Positions 16,346 through 23,667 of a DNA stretch of 51,819 bases are shown in pieces. The DNA is taken from assembly GCA_051306055.1 (NCBI GenBank), contig JBPPMN010000009.1, forward strand, positions 1 through 51,819, read 5' to 3'. The notes under the pieces are model-generated. The model was given only the letters and a program-made list of their open reading frames with translations. It was not told the origin of the DNA and ran no database searches. Source of the DNA: Acidimicrobiales bacterium. GTDB lineage: Bacteria; Actinomycetota; Acidimicrobiia; Acidimicrobiales; VFJN01. The number at the start of each line of letters is the position of its first letter. The stretch's first letter is position 1. Both the position numbers and the translations under genes were made by a program.

Positions 16346-17899
16346 GTGCTGACCACCCAACTCACCCTGCGCGAGTACCTGGACGTGTTGCGTCGGCGGC
16401 GCTGGGTCGTCCTGTTCGTCCTGGGCGTCACCGTGCTCCTGGGCGTGCTCCCCGTCGCGCTGGGCGACGCGACCTATGCGTCCACGGCATCGCTGCAGGT
16501 CACGTCCGAGGAGGCCAGCCCCTTCGACGACCCCGACCCCAACGTCCAGGGTCAGGTCCGCTCGGTGCTGACCGACGTCGAGCGGCTCAAGACCAGCGGC
16601 CTCCGGGCGCTGGTCAGCGAGCAGCTCGGACCCGACGCCGAGCCGTTCGACACCGTGAGCGCAACGCTGATCGGGTTCAGCGAGGTCATCGAGGTCACCG
16701 TGACCGCCGGGTCCCCCGCAGCGGCGGCCGACGCGGCCAACGCCTACGCCGACGTCTTCGTGGAGGAGCGGCGCCGCGAGTCCAACGAGGCGCTGGTGTC
16801 GCAGTCGGACGAGCTCCGAGGCCGGGCCGAGTCAGCGCAGGACCGGGTCACCGAGATCGATCGGCAGCTGGCCGACCCCGCCACCGACCCCGCCTCGCTC
16901 GAAGGGCTGCGCCTCGAGCGCAGCAGCGTCGCGCTGCAGGTCTCCGACTTCGGTCGGCGCGCCGACCAGCTCGAGGTCGAGGCCGCGCTGCGCGAGGGCG
17001 GGATCCAGGTGCTGTCGCGCGCCACCCTGGAGCTCGACCCCGTCGGCACCAGCCCGATCCGGGCCGGCTTCGTCGCCGGCGTGCTCGGGCTGCTGGCGGG
17101 CCTGGCGGTGGCGGTGATCCTCGACATCGTCCAAGACCGCCTCTCCAGCCGAGACGACCTCGACGCGGTGGCGCCCGATCTCAGCGTGCTGGCGTCGATC
17201 CCGCACATGCCCGACGTGGCCCACCCCACACCGGAGGCGATCGAGGCCTACCGCTACCTGAGCACCACGTTGGAGTTCAGCCGGATGCGCAACCCGTTCC
17301 GATCCGTGGTGATCACCAGCGCGGTGAGCTCGGAGGGCAAGACCACCACCGCGGTGCACCTGGCCAAGGCCATGGCGGAGATGGACCAGCGGGTGGTGCT
17401 CGTCGATGCCGACATCCGTCGCACCGGCGTGCACCGCGAGCTGGGGCTCGACAACCGGCTCGGCCTCAGCTCGGTGCTGACCGGCGAGACCGACGTGGAG
17501 TCGGCCATCCACTACGTGGAGCCGCGGTTGGCTGTCCTCACCGCGGGGCCCGCCTCGGCGGTGGCCAACGAGCTGGTGGGCAGCGACGAGTTCGCGGCGC
17601 TCGTGCAGGAGCTGGCCGCCCAGTGCGACCTGCTGATCGTCGACGCACCGCCGGTGCTGCCCGTGGCCGACCCCCTGCTGGTCGCCCGCGCCGTCGACGT
17701 GGCCATCGTGGTGTCGCGCATCGGGGTCGTGCGCCGCCGAGAGGTGCGAGCCACCATCCGGCGCTTCCGCGAGGCCTCGCTGCCCCTCGTCGGCCTCGTG
17801 GCCAACGACGCCGAGCCCGAGAAGGGCTACGTGGCCTACCACGCCAACCCGGGCGGCGACCGTGGCGCCGATGCCAAGATCGCCTCGACCAGCGGCTGA
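16346..17899 (+). CDS. Polysaccharide co-polymerase fused to a BY-type tyrosine autokinase (Wzz domain plus CpsD/CapB-like ATPase)
   Basis: The N-terminus is LREYLDVLRRRRWVVLFVLGVTVLLGV (Wzz-type TM1), followed by a coiled periplasmic region and a second TM segment, GFVAGVLGLLAGLAVAVIL. Kinase motifs: Walker A VVITSAVSSEGKTTTAVHLA, Walker A' VVLVDADIRR, and DLLIVDAPP. The C-terminal tail has only two Tyr (GYVAYH). Confidence 0.85.
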   Translation: MLTTQLTLREYLDVLRRRRWVVLFVLGVTVLLGVLPVALGDATYASTASLQVTSEEASPFDDPDPNVQGQVRSVLTDVERLKTSGLRALVSEQLGPDAEPFDTVSATLIGFSEVIEVTVTAGSPAAAADAANAYADVFVEERRRESNEALVSQSDELRGRAESAQDRVTEIDRQLADPATDPASLEGLRLERSSVALQVSDFGRRADQLEVEAALREGGIQVLSRATLELDPVGTSPIRAGFVAGVLGLLAGLAVAVILDIVQDRLSSRDDLDAVAPDLSVLASIPHMPDVAHPTPEAIEAYRYLSTTLEFSRMRNPFRSVVITSAVSSEGKTTTAVHLAKAMAEMDQRVVLVDADIRRTGVHRELGLDNRLGLSSVLTGETDVESAIHYVEPRLAVLTAGPASAVANELVGSDEFAALVQELAAQCDLLIVDAPPVLPVADPLLVARAVDVAIVVSRIGVVRRREVRATIRRFREASLPLVGLVANDAEPEKGYVAYHANPGGDRGADAKIASTSG

Positions 17900-17911
17900 C
17901 CCCGACTGGGC

Positions 17912-18685
17912 TCAGGCGGTGCGGACCGGGCGGCGGCGAGCGACCCGCCAGAGGAACCGCGGGTTCCCGACGAGGTAGCGACGGGCCAGCCGTCGAGGCT
18001 CCTGCGCGAAGCGCACCACCCACTCGAGGCCGGCGCGGCGCACCCACACCGGGGCCCGGCGACGCCGGCCGACGAAGTACTCGAACACCGCCCCCACGCA
18101 CCACCACACCCGGGGCTCCCCTTCGGCCGACCACCGCTCGGCCCGCTCCTCCTGCAGCGGGGCGCCCATCCCGAGCAGCACCAGCCCGGGATCGAGCGCC
18201 GCGATCGAGCGCAGCACCTCTCGCTCGCCCGCCTCGTCGAGGTACCCCGAGGCGGTCAGGACCACGTCGAGCTGCGGGCACGCTCGACGCATCACCGTGG
18301 CGAAGCCCTCGGCGTCCCCCGGCCGGCCACCGACCAGCGCCACCGACACCCCACGGGCCGCGACCGCGCCCAGCACATCGCTCACCACGTCGGTCACGTT
18401 GACGCGCTCCGGCAGTGGCTGGGCCAGGTGACGAGCGGCCCAGACGATCGACTGGCCGTCGGCCACGAGGCAGTCGAAGCGGGCCAGGCGCTCGGCGAAC
18501 CCACCGTCGGACGCCGCCAGGTCGACCGTGGCCGCGTTGACGTAGCCCACCAGCGTCGGCCGCTCGGACCCAGCGCTGGCCTCGGCCATCCACCGGCCGA
18601 ACCCGGCGCAGTCGAAGGCGTGGACGGGGAGGCCGAGCAGGTCGCGCACCACCACCGCCGCATGGGCCGGCCCGTGCTCAGGCAC
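17912..18685 (-). CDS. WecG/TagA/CpsF-family glycosyltransferase
   Basis: GYVNAATVDLA, CLVADGQSIVWAAR, VALVGGRPGDAEG, LVLLGMGAPLQE, WWCVGAVFEYFVG. The start is GTG 18685, overlapping the upstream stop. GTGs a few codons downstream are also possible. Confidence 0.8.
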   Translation of the reverse strand: MPEHGPAHAAVVVRDLLGLPVHAFDCAGFGRWMAEASAGSERPTLVGYVNAATVDLAASDGGFAERLARFDCLVADGQSIVWAARHLAQPLPERVNVTDVVSDVLGAVAARGVSVALVGGRPGDAEGFATVMRRACPQLDVVLTASGYLDEAGEREVLRSIAALDPGLVLLGMGAPLQEERAERWSAEGEPRVWWCVGAVFEYFVGRRRRAPVWVRRAGLEWVVRFAQEPRRLARRYLVGNPRFLWRVARRRPVRTA

Positions 18686-19427
18686 CCAGCGCCCTCGCCG
18701 CAGCCAGGTCGGTCTCGTCGTCGATCTCGACCCACTCGCTCGAGGGCACCGCCACGGCCCGGTAGGGGGCACCGCCGACGAGGTGCTCCTGGATGGCGTG
18801 CTCGTACCAGTGGTCGGACCGGTGCGGCTGCTCGACGAACGCCCTCAGCTCCGCGGCCAGCCCCCGCGCCGCGAGGCGGTCGAACCAGGCCAGGCCCACG
18901 TACTCGCCGTCGGGATCAGGGATCCCCACCTTGCCGATCGCGGTGACCCCGCCGTCGCTCCCAACGGCCACCTTCATTGCCTCGTCGGTGCGGCCGCGGG
19001 CATGGTCGACGGCCAGCCCCGCCCCTGAGCCGAGCGAGGTGATCGAGCTGAGCAGGGCGCTGAACCAGGCGGGCGACGCGTAGAGATCGGAGTTGACGAC
19101 CACGACGTCGCCCCCCGGGCCGCTGCCGCCGTCGTCGCAGCTCTCCAGACCGAGCAGCAGGGAGTACCAGTTGTTGCGGTCGGCCGCCCGCGGGTTGGGC
19201 ACAACCTCGATGGCCAGCCGGGTGCGCCAAGGGGCGAGCACCCGCTCGATGGCGTCGGCACCGGGGCCCACCACCACATGGGTGCGGTCGATGCCCGACC
19301 GCTCGAAGGCAGCCAGCTGCGCCTGCGCGGGGCAGGTGGCCTGCACGGGGGTGAGCCACTTCGGCAGCGCGGTGACCTGCGCCAGACGGCGACCGAGCCC
19401 GGCCGCCAGCACCACGACCGCCGTCAT
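18678..19427 (-). CDS. NTP-transferase-fold nucleotidyltransferase (probable polyol-/sugar-phosphate cytidylyltransferase)
   Basis: MTAVVVLAAGLGRRL is the nucleotide-binding G-loop. NRNNWYSLLLGLE, VVVNSDLY and EYVGLAWF follow. The ATG at 19427 forms an ATGA overlap with the upstream stop. I cannot read substrate specificity from the sequence. Confidence 0.75.
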   Translation of the reverse strand: MTAVVVLAAGLGRRLAQVTALPKWLTPVQATCPAQAQLAAFERSGIDRTHVVVGPGADAIERVLAPWRTRLAIEVVPNPRAADRNNWYSLLLGLESCDDGGSGPGGDVVVVNSDLYASPAWFSALLSSITSLGSGAGLAVDHARGRTDEAMKVAVGSDGGVTAIGKVGIPDPDGEYVGLAWFDRLAARGLAAELRAFVEQPHRSDHWYEHAIQEHLVGGAPYRAVAVPSSEWVEIDDETDLAAARALGA

Positions 19428-20485
19428 CCGAGAGCTGAGCGGATCAGGGCCCGGAGCTCGTCGCCGGAGTGCTCGACCTCGTCGAGCACGGTACGGCGAC
19501 CCGGACGGGTGCCGGGCCCCCTCCGGACGGCCTCCACCAGGAGGTCCTCCTCGATGCGCCACCCCTCGACGGAGGAGGGCAGACCGATGCGGGTGAAGAG
19601 GCGGCGCACCTGGTCGAGGTGCGGGCTCCCCTGCAGGGCGGAGGTGATCAGCACCCCGATGGCCACGTGCTCGCCGTGGAGCAGGGCCTGGTCGCCACAG
19701 AGCTGGTCCAGGGCGTGGCTGATGAGGTGCTCGGCGCCGGAGCAGGGCCGGCTGCTGCCTGCCACCTCCATGGCCAGCCCGCTCATCACCAGGCCGCGGG
19801 CCACCGCCGCCACGTCGTCGTCGCGCAGGGGCCACGCGACGTCGAGGGCGGCCTGGGCGCTCAGCACCGCGATGGCCGCCGCGAACTCGTCGAAGGGCTC
19901 AGCCCCTCGGGCGTGGGCCGCCCGCCAGTCGTCGACCGCGGTGAGGTTGCTGGTGAGGTCGCCGATCCCGGCTCGCACGTAGCGATCGGGCGCGGCCGCC
20001 ACCACGTCGACGTCGATCACCACACCGGTCGGCATCTGGGCACCGATGCTGCGCCGCACGCCGTCGGCACCCGTGAGCGAGGCGACCGGCGACGCCATGC
20101 CGTCGTGGGAGAGCACGGTGGGCACGGCGACGAGGTCGACCCCGGCCCGACAGGCGGCCAGCTTGGCGACGTCGATGGGCTGCCCACCGCCGATCCCCAC
20201 GACGAGCGAGGCGGGCGCCTCGTCGAGGCAGCTGAGCAGCGCGGCCGCATCGGCCAACGAGCCGACCAGGCCGGAGCGCACCTCCACCTCGGCACCCACC
20301 GTCGCGAGGTCCTTGGCCAGACCCTCACCGAGGGCTCGCGACACGTCGCCGCCCGTCGCCACGAGGACGCGGCCCAGCTCGAAGTGCTCCCGGAGGTCGC
20401 CGGCCAGGTCGTGGAGCGCGCCGGGCTCCACCCGCAGCAGGCGCGGGACGTCGATCGTGCGCGCTCCCCTGGCTCCACGCTGCAC
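19424..20485 (-). CDS. sn-Glycerol-1-phosphate dehydrogenase-like enzyme (EgsA/AraM branch of the Fe-ADH/DHQS-like superfamily)
   Basis: GIGGGQPIDVAKLAA, PTVLSHDGMASPVASL, GIGDLTSNLTAVDDW, SGAEHLISHALD, LHGEHVAIGVL. This pattern is characteristic of G1P dehydrogenases. The start is GTG. Confidence 0.7.
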   Translation of the reverse strand: MQRGARGARTIDVPRLLRVEPGALHDLAGDLREHFELGRVLVATGGDVSRALGEGLAKDLATVGAEVEVRSGLVGSLADAAALLSCLDEAPASLVVGIGGGQPIDVAKLAACRAGVDLVAVPTVLSHDGMASPVASLTGADGVRRSIGAQMPTGVVIDVDVVAAAPDRYVRAGIGDLTSNLTAVDDWRAAHARGAEPFDEFAAAIAVLSAQAALDVAWPLRDDDVAAVARGLVMSGLAMEVAGSSRPCSGAEHLISHALDQLCGDQALLHGEHVAIGVLITSALQGSPHLDQVRRLFTRIGLPSSVEGWRIEEDLLVEAVRRGPGTRPGRRTVLDEVEHSGDELRALIRSALG

Positions 20486-20555
20486 GGCTACCGGCCCCCC
20501 TGCCGGGGCGCGGCAGAGCCGAGGTCCCAGCGCTCGATCATGGCCTCACGCTACG

Positions 20556-21578
20556 TCACAACCCGCTGTGGGTGGTGTCCGGGCGCACCTGCCCGGTCAC
20601 CCGCCACTTCACCTGCCGCAGCACGTCGGCGGCGCGCCGGGCACCGGCCGGCTGCACGCCCATCATCCTTCGCAGCCACCGGTGGTAGGTCGGCCCGGGA
20701 GGGGGCAGGGGCTTCTCCGCCGCGAGGTGGGCCACCAGGTTCGGGAAGCCGATCTCCTTCTCGATGGGGAGGTGCCAGGCGATCAGGTCGTCGTGCATCC
20801 GCTCGCGCGTGCCCCAGACGCCCGGCAGGGTGCGGATGCGCTGCAGGTGGGGATGGGCACGGCTCGAACGCTCCCGGCGCTGCCAGAGCACGGCGTTGAT
20901 CACGTGCTCCTCGCTGTTGTGGTGCGCCCGCCCGGCCGCGTGGCGCCGCAGCATCTCCTTCCACATGGACTCCACCGCGGCGGCGAAGGCCGGCACCTCC
21001 GAGCCGAGCATCCCGTAGAACTCTCCACCGAAGTGGCGGGGCACGGTGCCGTCGAGATCGGTCCCGGTCAGCTCCTGGAGGATGGCGGCCTGATCGCGCC
21101 GGCTGAGATCGCACATCGGCAGGTCCTCGTCGACGACCAGCTCGTAGGCCACGATCCCACCGGCTTCGATCTCCTCCACCAGCGGACCGTAGGGCGCTCC
21201 CCACACCACGTCGGGATCGATGAACATCACCACGTCGTCGGGGCCGACCCAGCCGGCGGCGTCCTGCAGGGCGTCGAGCAGGTAGAGCGACCCGAGGTAG
21301 CGGTCGTAGAAGCCCTCGGGGGGACGGTGGTCGAACGGCACGACGCGGACCGTGACCCCGGCGTCGTCGAGCACCGGTCGCAGCCAGGCCGGCGGTCCGC
21401 TCCCGGCGCACACCACGAACTCCAACGGTGTGTCGGCCACGTGCCGCATCGTGGCCGCGTTGGCCGCGATGCAGGTCCAGTAGGTGTCGTCGCGCCGTCC
21501 GGCGGGTCCGCTCCGCGGGTGCTCGGAGTGCTCACGGAAGTAGCTCACGACCGCCACCACGCGCCGCCCCTGTGTCAT
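20556..21578 (-). CDS. Hypothetical cytoplasmic protein, possibly a GT-A-like transferase (DxD motif)
   Basis: 340 aa with no hydrophobic segments. VVAVVSYFRE ... VVMFIDPDVVWG resembles an N-terminal Rossmann-like beta strand plus a DxD motif. I recognise no family with confidence. The start is ATG 21578, or GTG 21584 with a GTGA overlap. Confidence 0.5.
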   Translation of the reverse strand: MTQGRRVVAVVSYFREHSEHPRSGPAGRRDDTYWTCIAANAATMRHVADTPLEFVVCAGSGPPAWLRPVLDDAGVTVRVVPFDHRPPEGFYDRYLGSLYLLDALQDAAGWVGPDDVVMFIDPDVVWGAPYGPLVEEIEAGGIVAYELVVDEDLPMCDLSRRDQAAILQELTGTDLDGTVPRHFGGEFYGMLGSEVPAFAAAVESMWKEMLRRHAAGRAHHNSEEHVINAVLWQRRERSSRAHPHLQRIRTLPGVWGTRERMHDDLIAWHLPIEKEIGFPNLVAHLAAEKPLPPPGPTYHRWLRRMMGVQPAGARRAADVLRQVKWRVTGQVRPDTTHSGL

Positions 21579-21580
21579 CG

Positions 21581-22543
21581 TCACACCACCAGCGACCGGT
21601 AGCGGACCGACGTGATCGCGAACCAGACCGTCTCGTACACGTAGGCCACGAAGTGCAGAGCGCTGTACCCCACGCGCGCCGCCAGGCCGAAGGGCCGATC
21701 GCGGGTGCGGTAGGCGTTGCGCCCCACCCAGGCGGCCACCACGGCCACCGGCGGCCACCACACGCCAACGATCGCCGAGGCGACCGCCACGGGGACCAAC
21801 GACCAGACAACCAGGTGCACGCCTCGCAGCACGAACCCCCAGCGCAACAAGCCGCGCGCCGCCGGGCGCACCCGCACCAGCTCGACCACCTCGGCGTAGC
21901 GCCGGCGCTGGCGCAGGTAGTCGCCGAAGGTGCAGGGCCACACGTGGTGCTCCGCGATCCCGTCGGGTGCGAAGGCGGTCACGGTGCCGCCGGCCACCGC
22001 TCGCAGCCCCAGGTCGGTGTCCTCACCCATGGCGATGCGGAACTGCTCGTTGAACCCGTCGTGCTCCTCGAGGACCGATCGAGCGATGAGCAGGTTGCAG
22101 GTCTCGTAGCGCCCCGACCACTGGTCGATCTGCTGGCTGCGGTCGAACCAGCCCCGCCGCCTCCACGCAGGGAGCTCTCGCGCCACGGTGCGGCCCTGGA
22201 TGAACTGCGCCTCGCCGGCCACCGCCAGCAGGCCTTCCAACCAGGTGGGCCGCGGGATGCAGTCGTCGTCGGTGAAGGCCACCCAGGGTGCGCCGATCGA
22301 CCGCCAGGCCAGGTTCCGGGCGCGCGCCGGCCCACGGTTGCCCTCGAGGCGCAGCACCGTGAACCGCGAGTCGCCCGAAGTGAGGCGAAGCAGCACCTCG
22401 TGGGTGTCGTCGCGGCTGCCGTTGTCGACCAGGACCGCCTCGAAGTCGGTCACCGTCTGGGCCTGCAGCGCAGCGACGAGGTCGGCCAGCAGGGACGAGC
22501 GGTCGTAGGCCGACACCACCACGCCCACCCGAGCGGAGGTCAC
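21581..22543 (-). CDS. GT2-family glycosyltransferase with C-terminal TM segments
   Basis: VGVVVSAYDRSSLLADLVAALQAQT, VLVDNGSRDDT, NRGPARARNLAW and FTDDDCIP form the GT-A DxD region. The C-terminal hydrophobic stretch is HLVVWSLVPVAVASAIVGVWWPPVAVVAAWV. Confidence 0.85.
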   Translation of the reverse strand: MTSARVGVVVSAYDRSSLLADLVAALQAQTVTDFEAVLVDNGSRDDTHEVLLRLTSGDSRFTVLRLEGNRGPARARNLAWRSIGAPWVAFTDDDCIPRPTWLEGLLAVAGEAQFIQGRTVARELPAWRRRGWFDRSQQIDQWSGRYETCNLLIARSVLEEHDGFNEQFRIAMGEDTDLGLRAVAGGTVTAFAPDGIAEHHVWPCTFGDYLRQRRRYAEVVELVRVRPAARGLLRWGFVLRGVHLVVWSLVPVAVASAIVGVWWPPVAVVAAWVGRNAYRTRDRPFGLAARVGYSALHFVAYVYETVWFAITSVRYRSLVV

Positions 22544-23616
22544 CGCCGGCGCCCCGGGCCGTAGAGGTCCTCGAGCAGGGGTGCGATCCCGGTGTCCCAG
22601 TCGTAGGGCTCGGCGGAGGCGCGGCAGGCCGCCGCGGTGGACGGATCGGCCGCCAGGTCGAAGGCTCGCAGGAGGGCGTCGGCGAGCGAGGCGGCGTCGC
22701 CTGCCTTCGCCACCACGCCGGTGGTCGGTGAGACCAGCTCCTGCAGCGCTCCGTCGTCGGTGGTGACGATCGGAGTGCCGCAGGCCAACGACTCCAGCAT
22801 CACCATCCCGAAGGACTCCCGCACCGAGGGCTGAGCGGTGACCCAGGCCCGGCCGTAGCGCTGCGGCTGGTCGGCCGGCTCCCCGAGCGGGAGGATCTCG
22901 GTGCGCTCACGGGCGGCCTCGGGCGCCGCCGCCAACAGCTTCGAGCCGTCGCCCGGGCCGCTCAACCAGAGGCGCACGTCGGGGCGCTGCTCGGCCACCA
23001 GCGCCAGCGCGTCGAGCAGCCCGGCCACCCCCTTGAAGGGCACGTCGAAGGCGCCGGAGAACAGCACGGTGGGCGAGGTCTCTCGCGCGGCGGCCGGCGT
23101 GAACTCGGTCAGGCGCACGCCGCCGGGCAGCCGCACGCCCGGGCGATCGCTGTGGGCTCGGAGGGCGGCGAGGGCGTACTGCGACATGCAGGCGTAGACG
23201 TCGACCCGGTCGACCACCATGGCCCTCGCGGCGCCGTCGCGCAGGCGGTCCCACACCAGCCAGGGAACACCCATCTCGTCGTAGAGGGTGCGGTGCCCGC
23301 CGAGGCGACGGGTGCGCACGGCGGCCAGGGCGTCGTGGGGCATGAACGAGTGGGTGGCGTCGAACCGGCCGGCCACCAGGTGCGGCGCCACCCGCCATCC
23401 GAACCACCGCTCGTGCATCCAGTCGCGACGGAAACGGCGGCGGAACCGCACCGTCCGCACCCCCCCGTCGATCACGGTGCTCGACGAGCTCCCCGCCGAG
23501 AAGATCGTGACGTCGTGACCTCGGCCGGCGAGGGCGCGAGCCGTCTCCACGATGATCCGCTCGGCCCCTCGCCGCACCTCGGGCCAAGAGTACGGATGGG
23601 TCAAAGCGATCTTCAC
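22540..23616 (-). CDS. GT4-family glycosyltransferase
   Basis: MKIALTHPYSWPEVRRGAERIIVETARALAGRGHDVTIF ... VTAQPSVRESFGMVMLESLACGTPIVTTD. The start is GTG. Confidence 0.85.
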   Translation of the reverse strand: MKIALTHPYSWPEVRRGAERIIVETARALAGRGHDVTIFSAGSSSSTVIDGGVRTVRFRRRFRRDWMHERWFGWRVAPHLVAGRFDATHSFMPHDALAAVRTRRLGGHRTLYDEMGVPWLVWDRLRDGAARAMVVDRVDVYACMSQYALAALRAHSDRPGVRLPGGVRLTEFTPAAARETSPTVLFSGAFDVPFKGVAGLLDALALVAEQRPDVRLWLSGPGDGSKLLAAAPEAARERTEILPLGEPADQPQRYGRAWVTAQPSVRESFGMVMLESLACGTPIVTTDDGALQELVSPTTGVVAKAGDAASLADALLRAFDLAADPSTAAACRASAEPYDWDTGIAPLLEDLYGPGRRR

Positions 23617-23624
23617 GGAGGTCT

Positions 23625-23630
23625 ACGCTA
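23625..23630 (-). promoter_or_regulatory. Putative -10 element (TAGCGT on the minus strand) 8 nt before GTG 23616
   Basis: The minus strand reads GTTAGCGT AGACCTCC GTG. It overlaps a plus-strand TACGCT (23624-23629) inside the 51-bp divergent intergenic region. Confidence 0.25.
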
Positions 23631-23667
23631 ACGACCTGCGCCAGGCCGTCGATCGCTAGGGGGGTCC

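Noticed and set aside
17538-18593. 351-aa minus-strand and 259-aa plus-strand (17623..18402) Arg/Pro/Gly-rich ORFs.
   Set aside because: They are low-complexity alternative frames of the BY-kinase and TagA-like genes and show no motifs.
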